Source of the DNA: Podarcis cretensis
Lineage: Eukaryota
Direction: 5' to 3'
Assembly (NCBI GenBank): GCA_951804945.1
Contig: OX638149.1
Coordinates: 37,138,001-37,202,000, forward strand
Length of the DNA: 64,000 nucleotides
The notes beneath the pieces are model-generated. The model did no database searches. It saw only the letters and a program-made list of their open reading frames with translations, and was not told the DNA's origin. This document shows positions 24,001 to 38,433 of the stretch, in pieces (position 1 is the stretch's first letter; every line of letters begins with the position of its first letter). The position numbers were made by a program, and so were the translations under genes.

Positions 24001-26558
24001 GTGAACCCTCAAAATCTTGGGCCAAGTGCAGATTTTGGAATGTGTACAGGAGGCTCCAGATAAGAGAATGGTTTCTTTACTCTTTTATTTAATGTTACAC
24101 AGACTGCACATTAACTATATTTCAAACGGCAGGCATCACACTTACTAAAATTGCATGGTAAACTCACCTGTCACTGCCTCGCAACATCTTAGGGTCAAAA
24201 TACCTGTAGTCATCCGTTTCCTATTTAACAAGAGAAATCTTGGTAACAATTTATTGCTATGTTCAGTCCCACAAGTTTTTACTACTGTGGCTTCTATTCA
24301 TCTATTTCCCAACTTACAAATCTAGAAGTATTCATACAGAAAAACAAACACATATGCTAGCTGCCACCAATATTCATTCAGTCACATTGGTAAAATACCT
24401 ATGTTAGCTGCCACCAGCTGGTGGGTGAGGAGAAGAGGTGGCTCATGGGAAATTCACAACTCCCAAACTTTCAAAATATACTATTTGCGTAATATGTTCT
24501 AGCTCTGAAGCAATATATTAATCTAAAGATGTCACTAGTTTTAGAGCTCACACTAGGTCCCCCAACAGTATGTCCCCCCCCCCATAGTAACCAAGATTGC
24601 CTGCTTTCTTTTAAAAAATGTAATGGCAATGAATGTTGAAACGATGCACCAGTCAAATTTATTTCAGCCCTAGTACTATTAAAGCAAAATAAGTTTGTTT
24701 TTAAAAAACGTGAGGCATTACATTTTTTTTTTTAACTGTTGACATCATTATGATATGAAGGATTTTTTCCTCCCTCAAAGACACTCAATATTTTTATTGG
24801 CAAATAGCACCAGTTTTTCTGTCTCTACTTTTGCAGTTACTTTTATCAAGGAGGTTGAACAAGAAATAACTCTCACTAGGCTATATTTTCCACATTATAT
24901 CTGTAGAATTAAAAAAAAAACCCTCCTCCCAAATGAATCCACAACAATTTTCAGAAATTTAGTTTATTCTTGTGCATACCAATGTACAAAAACTTCTGAA
25001 TGGAATTATCTCATAGAGATTCATCTTGTAGGCCACCAAAATATATGTGCCCTCAGTTGTGTTTGGGAGCTGTTTTTCATGATACAACCTCACAGGTGTT
25101 GGTTTTCCTATAGTATTTACCACCTTGGTAGCATATTTGTGTGTATATCTACACCCACACAAATAAGGAAAGGTAATGAGATGATATTGAAATACTTGTT
25201 CTATGTTCTATGTTTTGGTCAGCTTCATCATTCTGTTAAACTGTAAAGTGGTAAATGCAGACTTACAGATATGATATGAAACACAATTTCTTCCTATAAT
25301 GTTAAAATTAGTTCATGGCACCAAAATTTTGTATATCAGTATTTAATTTTTTAAAATTAAATTTAATGCACACCTTTCACTAGCAAGACCCCGAGTGGGT
25401 TACAACAATTTACAATTCAGTATTAAAAGTAGTTAAAACAAATTATAGTCACATGTATAGGGTGGATTGGGAAAACACACCTCAGGTTTCAAAGGCCGGG
25501 GTAAAGGGACTTTATAAATAAAATCTAATGTGCAAGCTTGTTTGCTGTACTTACAGGATTGGACTTCATCTCCATAAGGTTGTCTAAAATGCGGGTGACA
25601 GGAAGATTCTATAGAAGAGAATACTTAATTCAAGTAAATTGCAGAAATTGTTGTTCAATGTAGCTTAGGAAAGAAACAGGCACAGACACAATTGGATCAC
25701 TTTTCACATTGCTATTGGAGCCCTTCCTCATTTGAAAAGGAATACAGTTGGTCTGCTATATATGCCTCTGCCATACTAAAATAAATACACACTATCTGAG
25801 TGTTTGTTCCCAGGGTAAAAAGAAAAAAGAGGCAATTCAGATATTGCATTTATTTATTTATTTGGTCATTACCCACCCTTCACCTTGATGGAATAGCATT
25901 GGACATACCAGGTGGAACAGCACATAGGCGGTCTGGATATTAAGACTGACGGAACTGCGCCCAAGTTAGTAGCCACTGAACTTTGAGCCTCAATATTGGG
26001 GAAAGCAGCTTCAATCAGTTAGCCTGCAGCTTGTTTTAAAGCACCTGTTTTTTCCCCTTTCAAAGCTCTCACTGGGTGCCAACTCACCTGCCACCCTCCT
26101 TCCTCGAGAAACAGTCAAGAAAGAGGAGATAGAATAATAGGTAGTAGCATGGAGACTGATGGGAACACACAAGTCTTCAGAGATATTCTGGAACTGTAGT
26201 AGATTATTCTTGTATCGCTTATCAATTTCTTTAAAATTCTAGGTGTCCCATATGAAGTACTTAATGCCAAAGAGTTGCATGCAGCTTAAGAAACTGTTTT
26301 GCCCAACCTTGTTGGCAGTCCAAGAAATCTAACCCATGCTTATCTAGTCATACTGTGAAATATCATTGGTTTCAAATACTAGAATATGAACATGCTTAAT
26401 GTTCTTCAACACAGAATCTACATTGTTAAACACACCTGTTGCTTTAGCACGAAATTCTTGACTCCTTCCATCACAAACTGGGATCCTGTATTCATGACAC
26501 GTGAGAAAAGGCTAAAACATAAAGAGCACATCGAGCATAATTTTGTGTGCCTTCATGT

Positions 26559-26601
<43 letters not shown>

Positions 26602-29600
26602 GTGAACTATACCATATGAAGGTAAGAAACAGAAATTCAGCATTAAAGATATGAAGAACTGCCACCACTACCTTTTGTTCTGTTTCAGATTTATCTGAAT
26701 ATCATTTATTTTTTAATGCACCTTTTGTTTCTTTGTTCATTTTTTATTTTGTTTAACTGAATTTTTAAAACAAAAAATAAAATGAATTAAAAAAACTGTG
26801 TGTGAAATATTTTACCACACTTTTCTTCTATTCACGTAGGATATACAAAATCAGACAATTAGTGGAAAAGAAATTTTGCATCTACTTTAACCAATGTAAT
26901 GCATGGAAAGCTCTGTATTAAAACAGTAGAACGAGGGTTGCTGGTGGCAAACTGCCAAGAAGTGAAATCCTGAATCAGCAAAGCTTCTGCACACCAATTC
27001 ATACCAATACTGCATACCAATACTACTACTACTACTGCTACTACGAATCTGCTTTTGAATTTATTTTTCTATTGCTTTTACACATATTATACAATTTCAT
27101 TGCTACATAATATTTGTTGAATTTTGTTTCACTCTTTGTTGTCCTAATAGTAAACCACTTTGGAAGTCCTTTGGAACCGAAAGCGCAGGGCAGTAAATTA
27201 AATAAATGAATAAATAAATAAATAATCTAAGAGAAGTTAAACCTCACAGGCAGAAGCGATCAGAGGCAGCACTCAACCTGTTCCCAGTAAAAATGAAAGG
27301 CTTTTCAAGTAGCAGTAACAAAATGTACTTTGAAACTTACCCCAGAGACTTGGCTGCACTGTTTCCATACGTAGTTGGAGCTGAAGCCATCTTGGCAAAA
27401 GCTCTGTGAAATAAGCAAGTTAATATCTACACACTTAATTTATTTTCATCAGAACACTACTAAATCTACCAATTATACCATGAAAAAAGCATTAAGTTTG
27501 AAAATCTAGCCTTTCTAGTCATTTGAGGACGGAACTGCTCTTTACTTCACATCAGAAAGCAACATGACTAACAATTAATAAGCAGATACTACAAGTAACA
27601 CCTGTCTCCTACTTTACTACCTCCCAAATACTTCAGCTTCACAATTCACAAAAATAAACCATTTTGAAAGTATAGAGAAAATTATAGAGAATTATAGAGA
27701 AAATTCTGTGTTCAAAGCAGAACAAACAATTGCAATACATGTTCAAAGTCAATGGGGTCAAAGGGGACAGGAGGGAATAGCTGAAAAAGAAAAAAAGGTA
27801 TTTTTCAGAAAGAATTGTAATAATCTTATCTATTACACTGACTATCATCCTGAACCTATCAAAGTCTTAGGCCAGTTTGTTTGGAAATGTTCTATTCTAA
27901 TACTTTAAAATTTCTGTAATCACTATGAGGACACTTCTCCCCTAGAGATGTGACTAGGGTACTGAACAAAGTATGACTGCAGATGCTGAATCTGACTGCT
28001 GCTCCACAATTGTGAGAATCTAGGGCACTGCATTTTTAAGCAGAAGAAGTTTTTAGTGTGCATGGTAGTATCTAATGCACTTTTTGTTGAATTGTTTGAG
28101 GGGAAAGAGGGGCAGGATGAAGTGCCCAGTAGCCAGACAGTAGACATTTTCTTGCAACTCCAGGTCTCTTTAAGTTTTTGCAATATATAATTTCATTGCT
28201 TTATGAAAACAAAAATAACTTACTTCCATTGTTTAATGTAGTTTAAGGGACTAAGATTACACCCTGCATCTGTCAACGCTTTTTTGTATTGTTCCAGATC
28301 TGCCTAGAATCAAACAGGAGATTCGAGATGTGTTACCTGTCTTCTAAATTTAGCAGTAAACTGTCACCATTATTTGCTAATAATAAATCTAACACTTTTA
28401 CTTCATGGCATAGAAAATTGTCATTATCTTCTAAACAATCATGAATACAAAAATCACTGGATATATGCCAAAGGATAAACGGACATAAATCTGACATCAG
28501 GAATCGCAAGACAGAGAAACCAGTAGGAGAACACTTCAATCTCCCAGGACATTCTATACAAGATCTCAAAGTAGCTGTTCTATTACAAAGGAATTTCAGA
28601 AATAGACTGGAAAGAGAAGCTGCTGAATTGCAACTTATTACCAAACTTAAAACCATGGAGAGACCTGGTCTGAACAAAGACTTTGGATTCTTATCTCATT
28701 ATACATGACAAAGCCATTTTTCACCTTCTCACCCCTTGCTTTTTCCTGTAAGACCTATTGCAGTCGTTAAGAGTCGTCAACAGGCTCATCACAGCTATCT
28801 GCCAATCACCCATTCCCACCACCCTTCTGAGTAATACCCCTCCCCACCTTCTCACTATATAGAAGGGTCTGGTGACTTCTGTTTCAGTGTATCTGAAGAA
28901 GTGTGCATGCACACGAAAGCTCCTACCTAGAACTAACTTAGTTGGTCTTTAAGGTGCTACTGGAAGGAATTTTTTTATTTTGTTTTGGATATATGCAGAC
29001 ATATTAACATTTCATTCAGAACAAATCATGCACGATTGCTATGAAACTGCAAATTAGGAAGGGTGTTGAAATAAATGAACAAAAGCAATCATTGCCTTCT
29101 TTTACGCATCACTTGAACTTATGGTTAAACTTCTTAACTATGGTTTAAAAGTGACATATGAACTGGGCCACTATCAGATTGTCACCTTACAATCCTTGAG
29201 AAAATTAAGCCAATGTACCCGTCGTTCGGTCCCAGCGCCTGCCAACCTAGCAGTTCGAAAGCACCCCTGGGTGCAAGTAGATAAATAGGGACTGCTTACT
29301 AGCGGGAAGGTAAACGGCGTTTCCGTGTGCGGCTCTGGCTCTGGCTCTGGCCAGAGCAGCGATGTCACGCTGGCCACGTGACCCGGAAGTGTCTCCGGAC
29401 AGCGCTGGCCCCTGGCCTCTTAAGTGAGATGGGCGCACAACCCCAGAGTCTGTCAAGACTGGCCCGTACGGGCAGGGGTACCTTTACCTTTTACCTTTTA
29501 AGTTTTTTAAAATATATTCCATGGCTCATTACATGAAAAATCAATGCATGGTACTCTCTGTACTATAGATTATATTCTGCTTTCAAATTTCAGGGGTGAT

Positions 29601-32600
29601 TCCCTGGCATTATGTGGCCAAAGCAGCAGCACCCATGTAGATGGGAGATATCTATGGACTATAGGGAAAAAATCCTAAGGAGTTCAGAGAGAATGGTTTA
29701 TTAAAGATCTGAATACCACAGGTCAGGTTCTGAGTGGTTTACAACATTTCTGCAGCATTGTCTAGTGGCATTAGACCACTACTACAGGCTGGAGGACTGT
29801 GCTGAGATAGAACAGCATACAGCAGACCTGCAATGTAGTCCAATGTTCATATAAAGCTATTTAAGCGGTCTTGATAATATATTTATAGGAAGTGATCTAG
29901 AATTATTAAAAAATACAATAAATGCTTCCAATTTCCTGTCACTGCCAAATACATATTTCTTTATTTCAAGAAAACACACCAAAGCTCCTCACAAATTTGG
30001 TTAGTTGTGACCAAATATTTGGCAACATTTCAGAATTTAGCTTCAAGTGTGGTGGCTGGGGAAGCTAGAAAGACCATATGAGTAAACATGTTTAGGACTG
30101 CATTGCCAAGCAGTTAACTTTTATAGCGTTCTTTCTTAGGGGTATAAAACGCTTTCTTGAGATCCTCAATGTTGCCTACCTTTACTTTTCAGGACAGGGC
30201 ATCTATGGACAAGAATTTTACACTTAACACACTGAAGTTGCTCTGTTTCTTTGTGCCCACAGAGGCAAGTGGTGAAAGAATGCCTGCACATAGTACTGGA
30301 GTGAAAATAGCAGATTGCTTGTAAATCTCCTACTTTTAAACTCCAGAAGAACATGTGCCTGTCAACCTGACTCAGGCCTGCATTTTCTATGCTCTGTCTA
30401 CAGCCAGTGCCACAGCATACTACCAAGTAAGAGCAAAACATTGGGAAGGATTCCTAATGAAATTGTGTGACCGTTTCATAAAAAATCCATACCTCAGAAG
30501 GACACTGTACACAACTTATGTAATATATAAGAAACAGTCTCATCTTGTCCTCTGCAGTTCCCGCTGAGGAAAGAAAAGTTCTGAATTAATTTTCTCTCTC
30601 TTAATAATAATCATCTGCGTAATTAAAAACAATTTGGTATACAATATCATAGGCAGGAAGTAAAACTTTGAATTGTTTCAATGAAGTGAACTAAGTTTAG
30701 CAGCATACAACAAAAGTTTTATATACAACTAAATAAGCAGCCCTTAAAAAAAAAAGAGTACTGTAAACAGTTAAAATCTTTAGCAGGGATGCAATGACAC
30801 TTGTAATGTGGAATGATTTAGGATAATTATGGTAGTATAACAGATGGATAATGGTAAAAGATGCTGCAAATTTAATCTTAAACATGGAATCCATGGAGGG
30901 AGAGAAGGAGGTCCGAAGGTTCAAAAGAATGTTTGAAATGGTTATATTAAATATGTATAAAATTATTTTAAAAACCAATAAAAAATTATAATAAAAAATA
31001 AAAAGAGTACTCATGAGGCATGATATTAAGCCTGAAGTATGGGAAGTTGCCATCAGAGGAGGAGGATTTGTCAAGACAAAGCTATCACTCTGGGAGTGTG
31101 ACACAGCTATCGCATCTCTGAAGGACTTTTCCACCAGTTGTTCCAAGTCAGCCTACTTGGCCTCAAGGGAAGGTACTTGTTGCCTGAGGGCCAGGAGCTC
31201 ATTGAATCGAGGATACACCCACCACTTCTGTCCAGCAGGCAGCTAGTAATACATGTGACATTCTGTACAATACACTGGATATCGCTCATCCCTGTTGTCT
31301 TTCAACCTGTCTGTTTTTGTAGCCTATTGAAATAGTTTTCTAGGGAGCTTAGAATTTGTTAGTTCACAAAGGAGAAGGGCAAAGTAGTCTGCCCTAGCCT
31401 TCTCACCCTGCAGCTGAACTCGCCTGCTACCTTGGCTTGATGCTTTGTTACTGGGGTTAAGATGCTGAGCTAGCTGGGGTTCTTTATAGCCCTGGCTAGC
31501 ATCCTCTACTTGCTGAAGCAATTGGACCAGGAGTTCCTGAGGCCTACCCTTTGACTTTAGTTTGTAAGCTGAATGTGCAAACTTTAGAAGACTTGCCAAA
31601 TTTTAAAAGCTAAGACTTTTAAAGAATAAACATACCAAACAATTTCATACAGTGATATATTGTGTATGATATGATATCCGACCGGCAGTGGCATTTCAAG
31701 TTCCCAGGCAGAAAGTCTTTAATAGCATGAGCTTGCTTATATGGTGACAATTCTCAGAATGTTATGAACCGAAAGAAACTTTATTTTTTTTACTTACCAT
31801 CAGGATCAGAAATCATGTCCAAAAGTGATTTATCCAAGGTGGACTTGCTCATGATTTTTTCTTCATATTCAAAATACAAATCTAGTTTCCGTGTCTTTAA
31901 ATTAAATAAAAACAGATTTGTTGTTAGAATATCATTACTGCAGTAGATTTGATTAGCTACTTTTAATATATGAAACTGTTCATATGGTGATTTTCCTCAG
32001 CCTGGGATAACCTATGATTAGAGATTGGAAGCAGGTCTCAGAATCATATTTGTACACTCCTTCTTACAGTGGGAGAAAAAAAGTCTGAATAAGGGGAGCC
32101 AACATTCAAATAACCACACAATATGTTAGTTTGGTCATTCTCTTCTTCCCATGATCAGAAGTGAGAAAGTAGCATTCAAACCTGTCTTAAGACCTGTATT
32201 TATATAACATTTATATACTATCTTTCTTCCATGAAACTCAAAGCAGCATACATGAAGTGCCTAAAGGTAAAGGTAAAGGTACCCCTGCCCGTACGGCCCA
32301 GTCTTGACAGACTCTGGGGTTGTGCGCCCATCTCACTTAAGAGGCCAGGGGCCAGCGCTGTCCGGAGACACTTCCGGGTCACGTGGCCAGCGTGACATCG
32401 CTGCTCTGGCGAGCCAGAGCCACACACGGAAACGCCGTTTACCTTCCCGCTGGTAAGCGGTCCCTATTTATCTACTTGCACCCGGAGGTGCTTTCGAACT
32501 GCTAGGTTGGCAGGCGCTGGGACCGAGCAGCGGGAGCGCACCCCGCCGCAGGGATTCGAACCGCCGACCTTTCGATCGGCAAGCCCTAGGCGCTGAGGCT

Positions 32601-33242
32601 TTAACCCACAGCGCCACCTGCGTCCCTTACATGAAGTGCCTAGGTAGTCTCAAAACCAAGCACTTATCAGATTCAAATGTGCTCATCTTCAGCAAGGTTG
32701 CTATACTATGTGCCTTTAGACTGTGTTCTGGGGTCTTTGCTATAGTAGTACACACATTCTACTCATGTAAAAACACTAGGCAGGCCCCACAAATAAACCA
32801 GAGATGCATTTTAAATAAAAGGACACATTCTACTCATGTAAAAACATGCTGATTCCCGAACCGTTCGCGGGCCGGATTTAAAAGGCGATTGGGCTGGATC
32901 TGGCCCCCGGGCCTTACTTTGCCTACCAATGGTGTACACAAGTGCAAAATGATGCATTTTGAGGCAGAAAATCTTCATTTTATATATACTCTTATGAGGC
33001 CTGAATTGGCGGTGACTGACCAAAACGAGATCTTGGGGTCAGAGTGGATAGCTTGATGAAGATGTTGGTTGAGTGTGTGGCAGCTGTGAAAAAGGTAGCC
33101 CAGAGTTTAGTGCTATGCAAGAGGCAGACAAACAAAATGACTTTCTAGAAGGGCCTTAGGCCCCTGTAAAGCAAAAAAGTACTTGATGGCCACCATGCAG
33201 GGGAAGGTGCTAATTGTTCTGCAAATATTTCAGGTCTTTAAC

Positions 33243-33284
<42 letters not shown>

Positions 33285-36200
33285 TTATTATTTATATCCC
33301 GCCCATCTGGCTGGGCCTCCCCAGCCACTCTGGGCGGCTTCCATAAAAACCAAAAATACAGTAAAATCACACGTTAAAAACTTCCCTGAACAGGGCTGCC
33401 TTAAGATGTCTTCTGAATGTCAGGTAGTTGTTTATCGCTTTGACATCTGCTGGAAGGGCGTTCCACAGGGTGGGCGCCACTACCGAGAAGGCCCTCTGCC
33501 TGGTTCCCTGTAGCTTTGCTTCTCGCAATGAGGGAACCGCCAGAAGGCCCTCGGCGCTGGACCTCAGCGTCCGGGCAGAATGATGGGGGTGGAGACGCTC
33601 CTTCAGGTATACTGGACCGAGGCCGTTTGGGGCTTTAAAGGTCAGCACCAACACTTTGAATTGTGCTCGGAAACATACTGGGAGCCAATGTAGGTCTTTC
33701 AAGACCGGTGTTATATGGTCTCGGCGGCCGCTCCCAGTCACCAGTCTAGCTGCCGCTTTCTGGATTAGTTGTAGTTTCCGAGTCACCTTCAAAGGTAGCC
33801 CCACGTAGAGTGCATTGCAGTAGTCCAAGCGGGAGATAACCAGAGCATGCACCACTCTGGCGAGACAGTCCGCAGGCAGATAGGGTCTCAGCCTACGTAC
33901 CAGATGGAGCTGGTAAACAGCTGCCCTGGACACAGATTTGACCTGTGCCTCCATGGACAGCTGTGAGTCCAAAATGACTCCCAGGCTGCGCACCTGGTCC
34001 TTCAGGGGCACAGTTACCCCATTCAGGACCAGGGAATCCTCCACACCTGCCCGCCTCCTGTCCCCCAGAAACAGTACTTCTGTCTTGTCAGGATTCAACC
34101 TCAATCTGTTAGCCGCCATCCATCCTCCAACCGCCTCCAGACACTCACACAGGACCTTCACTGCCCTCACTGGTTCTGATTTAAAAGAGAGGTAGAGCTG
34201 GGTATCATCTGCATACTGATGAACACCCAGCCCAAACCTCCTGATGATCTCTCCCAGCGGCTGCATGTAGATGTTGAAAAGCATGGGGGAGAGGACAGAA
34301 CCCTGAGGCACCCCACAAATGAGAGCCCAGGGGTCTGAACACTCATCCCTCACCACCATATTCACATATTCTATGATGCTAGAGTAGTATTTGTCCAATA
34401 GTCACAATCCTTCTGTCAAACTATTTGTTCTATTATATCTTAAAATAAACTTGTAGAAAAAGTCACATATCTACATTATTGTTTTTGGAAATACTATAAA
34501 TCTATGAAAAAATTCAACAGAAATCAGACCACAATTAGATTAAAATAAGGAAATACTATACACCAAGACTTCAACCATGTATCCACTGCTAATGCTTAAC
34601 TCTCACTGAATCTAGTGGGAAAGAAAAATGCGTAAAGGTGCCCAGAACAGCAGTATAAGAATGTTTCCAATAAAATGACAGCCTTTTTAAGAACAAAACA
34701 AAACAAACCCTATTTTGGCTATGATTATTAGTTGCCAAACTCCTAACAGCTTAAACAATTAACCTAAAACAATGTTTCTTTTCTTCTAAGCTTTACCAAT
34801 AAATATTTGCTAATCCATCCTGAGAAATACTGGTGTGTTCTTTCCAGAATTTTTGCTCAACACTGAAATATGCCAAAAAACTGCCAGGTTCCATGAGCTG
34901 GTGATTAATCTCACAGTTCCTCTTGCTGTGCCTTCGAAAATGATCTAACGCAATGTGGAAAGCAGCTGCAAACTGAATCTAAAAATACCACTATTACACA
35001 TAGTATGATTTTAAAATTACTTCTCAGATAAAGTACAAATGATCAGATCAGGTAATACTACACTCTACGAAGTAACACCCTTTAAATAAGTCTTTGTAAA
35101 TCTTTAACTGCAACTCTGTGCCCAATTACTCTTCTCTAAACTACAATGAAGTCAAAAGGTATGTGTGTGTGTGCATGCGTGCACATATATGTGCAGTCTT
35201 AAGACACAGTCTAATCCAAATATTTATACTAAAGGGTTTTTACCATCAGAACCTTGCGCCTCCTTCCCAACGCCCAGTGTCTCCAGCTTTGGGAAGGCAG
35301 CATGAAGGCTAGGGGAAAGGACGTAAAATTTTGGCCTTCTCCCAATGCCCGCAGGTTCCATGCTGAAGTGCTCTTGCAGCCCACTTGGTATGAAAAGTTG
35401 GACTGCCCTGAGTTCGATGATGGATCTGTCTTTTATTTTTCTTTAATAATCTCCCATCTTGAGACAGAAAGGGGACACACTAATAATTTATTCTACCTCT
35501 GCAGTGTCAAAAGCATCCACTTCAGAAAGGACATCAGATTTCTGTGCCTTGGAAGTGGGAGATAGTCAACCATGCAATTATTTCCAAACCACATCCTGCC
35601 TTGGAATTTGATCGAAGTTCAATGTAAAATGCTGCTGTCAATGACCTGCCACCACTTTCCCAGAAAAAAGAGGTGACAAATAAGGCATCAAATAAGGACT
35701 CAACGTCACCCACTGCACATTTGACTTCAATCAAATTCTATGGAAATACTGCACTGTTATTCAGATCTCATAAAGCTGTCATGAAATGTTCCATGTCAAA
35801 CACTGCAGGGGGAAAAAATGATATTGGTGTCAAATCCAGAGGAGGGGAAATAGTGTGTAAATAATAAAAATTCTTTCAATTAAAATTACACTGATTAGGT
35901 GCATTGCTGAAGGTGGGTATTAATCCATGGTATTGTTTTGGGTTACATAGATTGGGCAGCTGGTGATCACAAATTTTCAAAATTCAACCGACGTAAATTA
36001 TTCTTTGTGAAGTTATTCTCAGGAACCAATAAGCTTTTTAAAAGGAAAGCAGTGGATAAAAATTGCTTGGGTTAGCTATTTCTGATACTGTAGTTGTTCT
36101 CTTAATAGCAGCATGATATACAGGCATGGCCTTCTGCTTAAACATTTCCCTCTCTTTTTTTGTTCGTAAGATGAGAATATGATCTGGCAGAATACCAGCT

Positions 36201-38391
36201 TGTGTCTAAGATCATTTCTGAATAAGATAAAAATAAGTTTCTTATTCATTTTTATCAAACATAAGATGCTGTAGCTGTTTCAATTTTTGTTAACACTGTA
36301 CATTCCAAAAATGTAGCCTATAAATTGACAACACAATGATATTCTCTATTAAAAAATGAAAGCTAGAACTTTAAAACTGGCTATGTTTTTCCACCTGAAG
36401 AATGACCCCTGCTTTAAATAATAGAACCAGGATTCCAAAATGGAACTAATGTATCCCTTCAGAGTCCTGAGAAAACAACCTTCATTTTACAGTACAGTGG
36501 ACGCTCGGGTTGCGAACGTGATCTGTGCAGGAGGCATGTTCGCAACCCCCAGCATCCGCAACCCGCAGCGCCGTGTCTGTGCAATTCGGCGCTTCTGCGC
36601 ATGCACCGAAAACCGGAAGTAACCTGTTCCAGTACTTCCGGGTTCAGTGCAGTTCGCAACCCGAAAACGCGCAATTTGAAGCATCTGTAACCCGAGGTAT
36701 GACTGTACTCATATTTTTAGCTCTAGATTGAAGATGAGCGATAGTACTTTGCCTAAGGTCATGTAGAGTGTTTGTGGCTGATAGGAAATTTGCATCAGTC
36801 TACGACTTATGCTATTGGCTGCCAAACTGCACCAGTTCTCAAAAATGTTGAAGGCGATGGTAGTAGCTGCTAATGATTCAGAATGTCATGAAGTGGTGAT
36901 CCTGCGAGCAAGTACTGCTGGGTGGGGCCCCTTAGGCAGGTGGTAACAATTAGTCTCCCAAAGTGGGAGCATGTGATGGGGCTGGCTGGTTGCTTGCATC
37001 CCCCAGCCCCTATAAATCATCGAGTTAACCCGTCGGGGGCAGGAGAGAACATGCCGTTTATTAGATTTGTTGTTTGACGTCCTGTAACTTGTGCCAAGGA
37101 AGAAGCCAAAAAAGCCTGGTAACCCGCTCAGTGCCTGTGTGTAACTGATGAGTAGCCTGGAGGGAGGAATTGGGGAGCCGACTCCCTCCATGACACAGAC
37201 AACTATGGTTAAGTTTGCACAGCGAGGAAGTGGCACATCATTGCCTATCCATGTAGACTGCAATATTTGATACTGACAAGTACATACAAGCAGAATTACA
37301 CTCCTCACTCAAGGCACTTAGGATGAATCCAGCTCAAGCAATTGTTCACTATAACAGCTCTTATCTACTGTCTCTCTTCTCATCAAGAATCTCTGCTCTC
37401 TCAGTCCCCCCCCCCCTTACTCATAATAAGGCTCCATCAGTTGCAGAACCACAGCTATAGGAATAGCCCCTTCCTCAAACGAAGCATAGCAGATAACTTC
37501 AGTGGTTCGCTTAAGTGTTATGCAAAAATGTTAATTTTTGTTTGGCATTTTAATTTGATCCTGATAGATAGTATCTTTCTTGTTCTTTTTGCTGTTAACT
37601 TACTTGTTCCTTCTTCTAAAAATGAAGTTATTGCAAATGTTTTACAGAAGAACACTGATTTCAGAATATTTAGTATGTAAGAAAGCTTCATGATTAATGA
37701 GCTTCAAATAACTCTTTTTTCCATACCTTTATGTGTTCCAGAACAGCTGTTGCCACATTTGTATGAAGATCTATGAGCCTCTTCTTTTCTAGCAGCTCTG
37801 GAAGAGAGCTGAAGAAATTACATACAAACTAACTGTCCACACTATGTAGTCCAATTCAACTCCATATTTAGCATTACAAAAGCAACCCAAAATATGATAT
37901 ACATATGAGGGAACAAGATAACACTTTTGAGAGACAGTAGTACGCTCAAATCAGCAGCTGCTGAGATACAGGAAATGGATATCCAAAACAAGTTTAAGAT
38001 TTCTGTGCGAAGACGCACTTTAGACCAGCCTTTTCCAGCCTGGTATTCTACAGATGTTTTGGATGACAACTCCCATCAACATCAGCCGACATGACATCAC
38101 GAAGGACAGAATTGTAGTCCAAAATGTCAGGGGGAACCAGGTTGGGAAAGGCTGCCTTAGGCCCTACCTTGCTCTACTCACTGGCTCTGTGATAAGAGTT
38201 CCCAAGTATGTGACTTGGGGACAGCAGGTGGGAAGGAACTTGAATGGAATCACTAGCCACTGAAAAGTTTAAAATGCCTCTAGGAGTCTTCACCTATAAA
38301 CAGGCACCTGTGAGATCTGAGGCCTTTGGTCACTTCGGAAGCAAGCTAATAATAACAGTACCACCAGAGAAGAGATATGGAAGGCAAACAC

Positions 38392-38433
<42 letters not shown>

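Noticed and set aside
24755-25246. 163-aa ORF antisense in an SCFD1 intron
   Set aside because: No recognisable domain or splice context; consistent with a chance ORF.
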